From positions 148,056,001 to 148,120,000 of the forward strand of contig NC_082711.1 in assembly GCF_030144855.1 (NCBI RefSeq): 64,000 nt of DNA, read 5' to 3'. The position numbers were made by a program, and so were the translations under genes. This document shows positions 52,929-60,215 of this stretch, piece by piece. Origin of the DNA: Hypanus sabinus. Lineage: Eukaryota. Within the stretch, counting starts at the first letter, position 1. Every line of letters begins with the position of its first letter. The notes under the pieces were generated by a model, which did not search any database, was not told the DNA's origin, and saw only the letters and a list, made by a program, of their open reading frames with translations.

Positions 52929-55592
52929 CCATATCCTGCACAAGGACTCCCAAGTCCCTTTGCATCTCTCCCCATCTAAATAATAGTTTGCCCATTTATT
53001 TCTTCCACCAAAGTGCATGAGCATACACTTTCTATTTTCTATTTTATTTCTAATTTATACACATTATATTTCATTTGCCACTTTGCCTATTCTTCTAAAC
53101 TACCCAAGTCTCTCTACAGGCTTTCATTCTCCCCAGCACTACCTGCTCCTCTGCCTATCTTTGTATCATCAGCAAATTCAGCCACAAATCCATTAATACT
53201 GTAGTCCATATCATTGACATACATTGTTAAAAGCAGCGGTCCCAATACCGAACCCTGTGGAACTCCACCAGTAACCAGCAGCCAGCCTGAATAGGATCCC
53301 TTTATTCCCACACACTGTTATCCACCGATCAGCCAGTGCTCCACCCATGCTAGTAAATTCCCCATAATTCCATGGGCTCTTATCATGCTAAGCAGCCTCA
53401 TGTGCGGCACCTTGTCGATGGCCTTCTGAATATCCAAACCCACATCTACTGAATCTCCTTTGTCTACCCTGCTTGTAATGTCCTCAAAAAACTGGAGTAG
53501 GTTAGTCAGGTAGGATTTTCCTTTCAGGAAACCATGCTGGCTTTTGACTATCTTGAAATGTGCCTCCAAGTACTTCATAATCTCATCACTAACAATCAAT
53601 TCCTACAACTTCTCAACCACTGATGTCATGCTAACAGGTCTATAGTTTCCCTTCTATTAAGCTTATTTGATTTTCTAAGAGCTTAAACAATAAATCTGCT
53701 CCCTAAACCTACCTGGCTATTTCTCTCTCTTCCATCCTTTACAAACTATTCCACCAGGCTTCTGATCATCTAGCATGATGCATGGTTCTGTGTAAATTTA
53801 GTTTAATAACACAACATGGAACCTGTCAAAGACACAACTTATGTGGCAATATCCATAAAAAGTGCGGTAGGGTGACATGGAGTAAAATAAGTGGGAATCT
53901 GCAAACACTGGTTAAAATTCAGAAATATAGGCTTGGGAACTAAGGTTAAATATGGTTAAATGTAAACCCATATATGATAAAATTATAAGTATAATGAATG
54001 ATGATAATGTAAGTGTACTGCACAGAACAGCAGAATCAGAGAGGTGCTAGCAAACAGACAACTGAATCCATAAGAACATTAGAAAAGAGAATTTGTAGGA
54101 AGTACTAGTCTGACATCACAGAATATGTTACATACTTTACAAAGTCAGCACCCAGAGATCCATAAAGGTCCTTCCCTGTCATATGCTTTTCTATATTCCT
54201 ATTCTTACATGGACCCCCTGCAGTCTCTTTTCACTTATTGCTTAAATTATACAAAAGCAAGTTTTTCCTTTCCATTCAAAACATGTTCTGTTCAGAAGCA
54301 ATGTAGGTGGAAGCAGCCATGAACACAATACAAGTAAAACCTCCCCATTCTTCGAGAGTAATATCTTAATTCAGAATGCCAAGGTAGTATCAAACAAATC
54401 ATTTAGACAAATAGTCCAGAGTTACAAATTTTGATTGCAACTGAAAACCAAACTCAACACTGTGTGCAATGAGCATAAAATTAGGGGTGATGCTTAGCTT
54501 CAGTGCTTGGGGAACATAGCACACTTAATGTTGACCCTTACAGCAAGTTAAACTAGGGCAACATCAGGTCTCATAAAAGTTTCATGGCACTAATTTGAAG
54601 AACAGAAGGGACGTGAGTCCATGTCCCAATCAATATACCTATATCCCTTAATCAACTCTAGTTAAAAGTGCCATCTGGTCATTACCATAATTGTATTATA
54701 TTGCACACTTTCTAAATAATAGTGACTTGCCTACAAAAGTATCTTATTACTGTAAATATCACAAATAAGAGTCTTATAAATGAGAGCCTTTGTTTCAATT
54801 TTGTAAATATTCAATATGATTTATTGAAAGGTTTGAATTTAAGATTTAATATTTCTTACTATCTAATCCTACAAACACAGTATCATTTTGTGAGTCCTGA
54901 AGAAAGGTCTTGGCCCAAAACGTCGACAGTTTGCTCACTACCATAGATGCTGCCTGACCTGCTGAGTTCCTCCATCATTTTATGTGTGTTTCTCTGGATT
55001 TCCAATATCTGCAGAATCTCGCGTGTTTATTATTTTGTTTACTGCAGCTTAGCTGCAAATAGATCATTTTCTCGCTTAGAATGAACGTACTCCAAAACAA
55101 ATGTTGAAACGTTTCAGCTAGGGGACTGGCATAATTATCTGTGTAATTATAGAAGATGCAACTGTTACAGATAATGACCTTGACTAAATAAAATCTCCAA
55201 ACCAAATCTCTCAAAAGAAACTTTAGAAATAAGGCTTAAAGCCCACCAGCTGTCGGCGATTCTGATGGTTGTAATAAAGTATATGATAAATTGATGTTGT
55301 TTTAACCGACAACTTTGCTGATTAGCGGCATTTTGTTAAAGATAGCGGCGCACCTGTCATTTGACAGAAAGAAAGCGGCCTGCTGACAAACTTTACCTCA
55401 GTTCACGCACTCCAACAACGCTCAGCCACAGGCGGCAAAACAATAGTGGGTGCGGATCTGTCCGTGCACTGACCTGGTTAGAGTTAACGTGGCGGTGCCG
55501 GCATCTAAAGATAAAACGCGGTGCTCGCTTCGAGGCCGGGCTGCAGCCCTCCTGGCACCGGTTACAACGCTCAGGAGAACTCTAGCCGCCAT
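17007..55592 (-). CDS. NIPSNAP2: Protein NipSnap homolog 2 (GBAS), complete: complement(join(17007..17071,18888..18971,29522..29616,36392..36423,37451..37591,39158..39228,41212..41306,50184..50229,50318..50457,55474..55592)); 295 aa
   Basis: Ten GT-AG exons splice in frame to [103 protein letters not shown]; adjacency to PSPH favours NIPSNAP2 over NIPSNAP1. Confidence 0.96.
17480..18101 (-). mobile_element. Penelope-like element 3' part (GIY-YIG endonuclease plus hammerhead-like motif) with inverted 5' segment
   Basis: Minus 17873-17560: [36 protein letters not shown]; plus 17880-18101: [31 protein letters not shown]. Confidence 0.85.
18102..18350 (-). mobile_element. CR1 LINE 3' fragment
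   Basis: ATTCCACAGATTCACTACTCTCTGGCTAAAGAAATT block shared with CR1 copies at 39.5 kb and 51.9 kb. Confidence 0.75.
18888..18971 (-). CDS. NIPSNAP2: NIPSNAP2 exon 9 (84 nt)
   Basis: [28 protein letters not shown]; aag acceptor, gt donor. Confidence 0.94.
20110..21245 (+). mobile_element. Rex1/Babar-like LINE fragment
   Basis: [29 protein letters not shown]; same 3' tail as 9470-10990. Confidence 0.85.
21260..25170 (-). mobile_element. Older CR1 fragment (21260-21547 and about 24812-25170) split by a younger CR1
   Basis: [37 protein letters not shown] on minus strand; antisense CR1 sequence resumes after 24811. Confidence 0.6.
21548..24811 (+). mobile_element. CR1 LINE, near-complete ORF2 (APE + RT) with ORF1 esterase remnant; disrupted
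   Basis: ORF1: [21 protein letters not shown]; ORF2: [62 protein letters not shown]; TTCTGTGTTTCTA tail. Confidence 0.92.
26090..26560 (-). mobile_element. Degenerate Rex1-like LINE 3' end
   Basis: Frameshifted C-terminal LPSGR/FP..LLN-like remnant in ORF 26360..26557 followed by T-rich 3'UTR. Confidence 0.5.
27742..27965 (+). mobile_element. Solo LTR 1 inside the hAT element
   Basis: TGTGGCG...CGCTACA termini, 4-bp TSD TGGT, AATAAA at 27890. Confidence 0.8.
28071..28288 (+). mobile_element. Solo LTR 2 (related to solo LTR 1) inside the hAT element
   Basis: TGTGGCG...CGCTACA termini, flanks ACAT/ACGT (one CpG-type mismatch), AATAAA at 28237. Confidence 0.75.
29522..29616 (-). CDS. NIPSNAP2: NIPSNAP2 exon 8 (95 nt)
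   Basis: [31 protein letters not shown]. Confidence 0.96.
31614..32417. mobile_element. Tigger/pogo-type MITE, copy A
   Basis: TIR CAGTAGATTTCAGTTAATTGGG / CCCAATTAACCTGACTCCACTG with TA TSD. Confidence 0.8.
32690..33520 (-). mobile_element. Rex1/Babar-like LINE 3' fragment (different subfamily)
   Basis: [50 protein letters not shown]. Confidence 0.85.
34130..34420 (-). mobile_element. tRNA-derived V-SINE
   Basis: V-domain-like CTGGAGCACCCAGAGGAAACCCACATGGTCACAGGGAGAAC; same family as 59950-60215. Confidence 0.75.
36392..36423 (-). CDS. NIPSNAP2: NIPSNAP2 exon 7 (32 nt)
   Basis: [11 protein letters not shown]; ttcag| and |gtgagt. Confidence 0.94.
37451..37591 (-). CDS. NIPSNAP2: NIPSNAP2 exon 6 (141 nt)
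   Basis: [47 protein letters not shown]. Confidence 0.96.
39158..39228 (-). CDS. NIPSNAP2: NIPSNAP2 exon 5 (71 nt)
   Basis: [24 protein letters not shown]. Confidence 0.95.
39285..39790 (-). mobile_element. CR1 LINE 3' fragment
   Basis: [41 protein letters not shown]. Confidence 0.9.
39858..40575. mobile_element. Tigger/pogo-type MITE, copy B (opposite orientation to copy A)
   Basis: TA|CTGTGGATTCTGATTAATTAGG...AATTCACTG|TA; internal blocks are the reverse complement of 31614-32417. Confidence 0.8.
41212..41306 (-). CDS. NIPSNAP2: NIPSNAP2 exon 4 (95 nt)
   Basis: [31 protein letters not shown]. Confidence 0.95.
43124..43452 (+). mobile_element. tRNA-derived V-SINE (HE1-like)
   Basis: Head GGGCGGCACAGTGG..GCTGCCTCACAGC..GACCCAGATTTAATCC, V-domain CAGGTACTCCAGTTTACTCCCA, CR1-like tail. 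Confidence 0.75.
43535..44258 (+). repeat. ERV 5' LTR (interrupted at 43941-44103)
   Basis: Colinear with 48406-48950 (e.g. GGGGCAGTTGTGGTCAAGAGAGACCAC vs GGGGCAGTAGTGGTCAAGTGAGACCAC; CTTCAGAACAGTGTGG in both); 3' boundary approximate. Confidence 0.8.
43941..44103. mobile_element. Hairpin-shaped Penelope pLTR unit inserted in ERV 5' LTR
   Basis: 13-bp TSD CTGTATAAAAATA (43928-43940, 44104-44116); arms AAAATGCTGGAGGAACTCAG / CTGAGTTCCTCCAGCATTTT. Confidence 0.85.
45387..46385 (+). pseudogene. pol: ERV pol remnant: RNase H start and integrase
   Basis: LFFDGFS and FTGYVVC (RNase H); [10 protein letters not shown] (Zn finger), [41 protein letters not shown] (D,D,E), [35 protein letters not shown]. 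Confidence 0.88.
46390..48330 (+). pseudogene. env: ERV env remnant (46390-47294 and 48217-48330), split by a LINE
   Basis: SU ORF 46545..46919 then [27 protein letters not shown], basic site CHRR, heptad region, ISD VA(L)QN|[12 protein letters not shown] and CX6CC (CAIIS*ACC). Confidence 0.85.
47295..48216 (-). mobile_element. Rex1/Babar-like LINE 3' fragment inserted in env
   Basis: [25 protein letters not shown]; same family as 9470-10990. Confidence 0.88.
48393..48405 (+). other. ERV polypurine tract
   Basis: AAAGAGGAGGAAG directly before TG of the 3' LTR. Confidence 0.8.
48406..48950 (+). repeat. ERV 3' LTR
   Basis: Starts TGTAG after PPT; TATA-like TATTAAA and AATAAA present; ends near ..GACGAACA. 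Confidence 0.82.
49293..49415 (+). mobile_element. Penelope pLTR fragment, truncated hammerhead motif
   Basis: AAGGGTCTCAGTCCAAAACGTCGACTGTAC..GATGCTGCCTGGCC..CCAGCATCTGCAG. Confidence 0.75.
50184..50229 (-). CDS. NIPSNAP2: NIPSNAP2 exon 3 (46 nt)
   Basis: [16 protein letters not shown]; ttccag| and |gtaaga; preceding intron only 88 nt. Confidence 0.94.
50318..50457 (-). CDS. NIPSNAP2: NIPSNAP2 exon 2 (140 nt)
   Basis: [46 protein letters not shown]; tacag| acceptor, |gtaagt donor. Confidence 0.96.
51200..51372 (-). mobile_element. tRNA-derived SINE
   Basis: Minus strand TGGCCAGTTGGTTAAGG (A box-like) and GTTCGAACC (B box-like), followed by TTGAGCAAGGCACTTAACC. Confidence 0.6.
52410..52931 (+). 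mobile_element. Composite insertion (unclassified segment + tRNA-SINE-like segment + microsatellite)
   Basis: 11-bp TSD TATCCTGCACA (52399-52409, 52932-52942); SINE-like head at about 52680 with GAGTTCAATCC B box. Confidence 0.6.
52866..52928. repeat. Compound microsatellite (TA)n(GT)20(AT)4
   Basis: Directly visible. Confidence 0.98.
54485..54800 (+). mobile_element. Deu-domain SINE (SacSINE1/AmnSINE1-like), old
   Basis: CATGGCACTAATTTGAAGAACAGAAGGGA..TATCCCTTAATCAAC..ATCTGGTCATTA..AGTGACT..CAAAAGTA..TATAAATG follows the recalled DeuSINE core and tail in order. Confidence 0.6.
54893..55025 (+). mobile_element. Penelope pLTR with hammerhead motif (GAAA>AAAA)
   Basis: GTC-CTGAAGA-AAGGTCTTGGCCC-AAAACGTC-GAC. 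Confidence 0.8.
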
Positions 55593-55700
55593 CTTGCCGT
55601 GGAGGTGACATTCACCCCGCAACGATTGCATATGCGCATGCGCCGTGAGGCGTCGAGGCGGAGACAAGTGGTCCGGAGCCGCTGTAATTCACGAACATGC
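55250..55700 (-). promoter_or_regulatory. CpG-rich NIPSNAP2 promoter/exon 1 with NRF1 motif (TGCGCATGCGC 55633-55643) and YY1 motif (GCCGCCATCTT 55585-55595) overlapping the ATG
   Basis: Clearest CpG-dense non-repeat segment of the window; motifs match known NRF1 and YY1 consensus. Confidence 0.75.
55474..55592 (-). CDS. NIPSNAP2: NIPSNAP2 exon 1 (coding part; Arg-rich mitochondrial presequence-like)
   Basis: AAG ATG GCG GCT start context; [39 protein letters not shown]; donor ag|gtcagt, phase 2 matches exon 2. Confidence 0.88.
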
Positions 55701-56444
55701 AATGAGCACAATATATTTTTATTCACAGTTTTGTTTTTGTATTTGTGCTCATATGAGACTGCTTTAAAGGAGTGTTATGATTAACTGGCATAAATTTTGC
55801 GTTGCTGACTTTTGGTCCTATTGCTATGAGTTAGGATCTATGTTTAAGTGAAGCAATGGTGGTGGAAAGACTCTAGCAAAAATTTGAAGGTTCCCGAAGT
55901 TTACAAAAACGTTTAATTTAGACGTTTTTCATTGTTAAACTGCACTATCATTACATTTTGTTCCAGTTCACGTTGGCAGCTTTTTGGTCACAGAACTCGA
56001 ATCCCACACTTTATTGCCAAATTTCTACACAAGTACAAATGTATGGAAAGAGTCTGTGGGAAAGCTTTCAGTGAATGATGTTTGGCCCCTTCACAAAGAG
56101 AATGTGATGTGTCATTACAGTGAAGCGAGTTGATGAACTATTGGATGGGGAATTGTGGAAGTATAAAGGAACTTAATAACTTCGAAAGTTGATAAATTGG
56201 TAGTCCAGAAGGAAATATAACTCAGACTGTTAAAAGATGTAAAGACATACATGCCCGTGAGTTTTCTATCCTGTCTAGACACTGTAGTGATGCCAGAGCA
56301 TTGAGAACTACCAGCCTCTTCAGAAAGTAGAAAGGTATAAGCTGAGTAACTATAAGTTTGTTCGAGGGTAAGTTATTGGAATAATTCCTCAGGTACGTGG
56401 GGAGGGGCCTTAATTTGGAAAGACAAGACTATTTAGAAGACACA

Positions 56445-57070
56445 TGAGATGGCAGATGCTGGAATCTGAACAACAATCTGCCAGAAGAACAATGAGTCAA
56501 GCAGTATCTGTGAGAGGACAGAAATTGTCGATTTTTCAGACTGAAGCCCCCCCCCCCTCCCATCAGGATTGAGAGTGGAGAGGTAAGATGGATTCCGAAT
56601 TATTAAGATGACAGGCAGTTAGAGGATGTGATTAGACGTGGAGCTTGGAAGACAATGGCAAGTGAATGAAGTAAAGGGAGGGAGGGAGAGAGAGAGAGAG
56701 AGAATGAGAAAAAGATAGAACGTTTGGTGGAAAAGGGAGTGTGACGATGGGAGGCAGCTAGCTGTTAGAGCGAGATAAACAGGCGTACAGAGTTCTATCA
56801 GTGCGAGATTCTGACATGTAAGGGAGGTGAGAATAGGAGCAATGAGACAGAGGGGAACAGCCATTGGAACCAAATGCTGGTGATGGTAGGGTGTGGAAGC
56901 TATGTGTGAAGCCAGCTTGTAATCCTTCACCTCCCTCCGCCTATATATTCTAGCTTCTTCCCTCTTCCTTTCCAGTCCTGATGAAGAGTCTTGGTCTGAA
57001 ATATTAACTGTTTATTCCCCTCCATAGATACTGCCTGACTGGTGATTTCCTCCGACAATTTGTGTGTGAA
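56445..57070. mobile_element. Two opposed Penelope pLTR remnants; plus-strand copy has hammerhead core at 56978-57005
   Basis: CAGTC-CTGATGA-AGAgtcttggTCT-GAAA-TATT-AACTG; degenerate antisense copy about 56445-56590. Confidence 0.65.
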
Positions 57071-57169
57071 ACCAAGTATTAAATTTTCTATGATTCTAAT
57101 TATTAATAATTTTAAATATACCTGGACTCGCAGCAATTTGCCTATGGCCACAATAAGTCTATGGTGGAC

Positions 57170-58345
57170 GTGAGTGGCTCTTCGAGTGGCCTTTGATCAC
57201 TTGGACCATACTAGTACCTATGTCAGGTATTACAATTACAGCTCAGTATTTTAACACGATCATTCCTGTAGCTCTGATCGAAAAGCTCTAAAACCTGGGC
57301 CTCTGTACCTACCTCTGCAACTGTATTCTCGACTTCCTAACCAAAAGATCACAATCTGTGCAGATCAGAAATAACATCTCCACCTCACTGACAATCAACA
57401 CTGGCATACCTTAGGGATGTGTGCTTAGCCCACTGTTCTACTCTCTCTACACCCATGTCTGTGTGGCTTGGCACAGTTCACATGCCATCTATATATTTGC
57501 TGATGGCACAACTATTGGCAGAATTTCAGATTGTAATGTGAGGGCATACATGAGTAAGATGTATCAGCTGGTTGAGTGGTGTTGCAGCAACAACCTTGCA
57601 TTCAATGTCAGTAAGACCAAAGAACTGGTGGTGGACTTCAGTAAGGTAAGATAAGGGAACACACACCAGTCCTCGCAGAGGGATCAGAAATGGGAAGAGT
57701 GATCAGTTCTAAGTTTCTAGGTGTCAACATCTCTGAGAATCTATCCTGGGTCCAACATATCAATGAAGCTACAACGGCGGCTATATTTCGTTAGGGGTCC
57801 GAGGAGATTTGGTATGTCACCAAAGACACTCACAGGTTTCTGCAAATGTACCGTGGAGAGTATTCTAACTGGCAGCATCATCATCTGGTCTGGGTGGTGG
57901 GGGGGGGGGGGGGAGCTACTGCACAGGATCGAAAGAAGTCGCAGAGAGTTGTAAACTTTGTCAGCTTTATTATGGGCACAAGTCTCCATAGTATCCAGAA
58001 CATCTTCAAAGAGCCTCAAAAAGATAGCATCCACCATCAAGGACCCCATCACCACAGACATGTCCTCTTCTCATCAGGAAGGAGGTACAGGAGCCTGAAG
58101 GCACACACTCAATAATTCAGGCACAGCTTCTTCCTCTCTGCCATCCAGTTTCTGAATGGACATTGAACCCATGAATACTACCTCACTACAGATTTAATGT
58201 TTATATTTGCACAACTTATTTAATGTAACTATATTTATTTATTTCACACATTTTTCTTTATTGTTATATATTACGTTGTACTGCTGCCGTAAAGCCAACA
58301 AATTTTATGATATATGCCGGTGATATTAAACCTGATTCTGATTCT
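57170..58345 (+). mobile_element. Rex1/Babar-like LINE fragment
   Basis: CVLSPLFYSLYT, FADGTT, NVSKTKELVVDF, VESILTG; ATTAAACCTGATTCTGATTCTGA tail. Confidence 0.85.
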
Positions 58346-58829
58346 GATATACTTTAACACTCTGTCATTGGATTCATTTATCTAATTAATGGTGGGTTAG
58401 GTCTAAAATGTAGGCAAATGTAGCAAAACTCAGTTTTTACTGTTAATAATTTTGAGTGATACAATATACAGTAATATTAAATGTGAAATTCTAATAAAGA
58501 AAACCAATAATTTGATAGCATTAATGGACCCTTTCGTCAGCCTTTAATCTTAAAGTAAATATTCATAACAATGATTTATTATGAGTTTGTCCCATGTGTC
58601 CTTCAATTAAACATTTTTAGTTGGCTTGATGATCAGCAGATGTTACTCCATTAAAAAGTAGGGGTTCCATCTTTGGCAAAAAGGTCTTTAAAAATGAAAT
58701 TGTAATTCATGGTCTCAGAACTGAATTGTAGGACATTGGTTACCAAATCATTAAAACCATCTGAATATGTGCAGAAATGCTGATCAACATTGGAAGGAAC
58801 CTGAATTTAACTATCCAGGGAACATACAC

Positions 58830-59360
58830 ACAGTGGCCACTTTGACCTTTACATCTGCTTGTTGATCCAAATATCCAATCAGCTAATCACGTGGCAGCAA
58901 CTCATTGCATAAAAGCATTCAGTCATGGTCAGGAGGTTCAGTTGGTGGTCAGACATCAGAATGGGGAAGAAATGAGACCTAAGAGATTTAGACCATGGAA
59001 TGATTGTTGGTGCCTGATGTGGTGGTTTGACTATTTCAGAAATAGTTGATCTCCTGGGATTTTCACACACAAGTCTCTAGAATTTGCTGAAAATGGTACA
59101 AAGAAAAATACAAAACATCCAGTGAGCACCAGGTCTGTGGGCAAAAACGCCTTGTTCATGAGAGTGGTCCGAGGATAATGTCCAGACTGGTTAAAGCTGA
59201 CAGGAAGGTGACAGTAATTCAAATAACCACACATTACAACAGTGGTATGCAGAAGAGCATCTCTGAATGCACAACATGTTGAACTATGAAGTGGATGGGA
59301 ACAACAGCAGAAGGCCACAAACACACACTCAGTGGTTACAGGAGGTACCTAATAAAGATT
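58830..59360 (+). mobile_element. Non-autonomous Tc1-like element, copy 1
   Basis: CAGTGGCCACTTT start, GTACCTAATAAAG end, MGKK-type transposase N-terminus remnant; homologous to 63517-63975. Confidence 0.75.
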
Positions 59361-59587
59361 CTACCTAGTTTATTTAGAATATACAGGACAATTGGCTCAT
59401 GTATATCTGTCAAAGTTCTGGCCACATATTACAAGGGGAACATCATGCTAATAGAAATACAATAGCAGACTGTTAGATAGCTTGCATCAGAAAGCTGATC
59501 CATGCTTCGATGATTTTTCAGTATTTTCTTCATTCACTGAGGAAGCAAGCTAAAAAATTAGCAGTAAGCTCTCTTTTCTTTCAGATA

Positions 59588-59680
59588 ATCCTGACGAAGG
59601 GTCTCAGCCCAAAATGTCAACAGTGCTTCTTCCTAAAGATGCTGCCCGGCCTGCTGCGTTCCACCAGCATTTTGTGTGTG
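59588..59680 (+). mobile_element. Penelope pLTR fragment with hammerhead motif (GAAA>AAAA)
   Basis: CTGACGA-AGGGTCTCAGCCC-AAAATGTC. Confidence 0.75.
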
Positions 59681-59949
59681 AAACTAAAAAATTGTTTGCA
59701 GAAGAACACATAAGTGTGCATGGTCTTAGCTAAATAGCCTGAATAGAACAGTGAAAGGTAGTTTTCTTCCCTGTCCTCTGTGATTGAGACACAAGCATGC
59801 AGAATAAATAGAAAAGTCAAACAAATGAGCAAATAGTATTATGGATATCAAATAAAGTTGCTAATGTTAGAATCTGAAACAGAAACAGAAATACTGACAG
59901 ATTTCAAGCAGTCAAGCAGAAACTTTGGAAAGATAAAGTAATTAAAGTT

Positions 59950-60215
59950 TATTTATTTATTACGATATAGTGCAGAATAGGCCCTTCTGGCCCTTCACGC
60001 TGCCCAGCAATCCCCTGATTTAATCCCAGACCCATCACTAGACAATTTACAATGACCTATTAACCTACCAATCAAGTCATCTTTGAACTGTGGGAGGAAA
60101 CTGGAGCACCTGGAGGAAACTCACACAGTCACGGGGGAGAACATACAAACTTCTTACAGGCAGCGCTGGGATTTGAACCTGTGTCGCTGGTACCGTAAAG
60201 CGTTGTGCTAACCAC
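59950..60215 (-). mobile_element. tRNA-derived V-SINE; its head continues at 62755-62777 beyond the Gypsy insertion
   Basis: Colinear with 34130-34420 once 60216-62758 is removed. Confidence 0.75.

Larger units (their letters stand above)
51730..53660 (-). mobile_element. CR1 LINE RT/3' region, interrupted at 52410-52931
   Basis: [45 protein letters not shown]. Confidence 0.9.

Noticed and set aside
52636-53024. ORFs with THTHTH / CVCVCV runs
   Set aside because: Translations of the (GT)n microsatellite.
55593-55667. N-terminal extension of NIPSNAP2 suggested by ORF 55422..55667
   Set aside because: Starts at TTG and crosses the NRF1 site; the ATG at 55592 gives the conserved MAARVL start.
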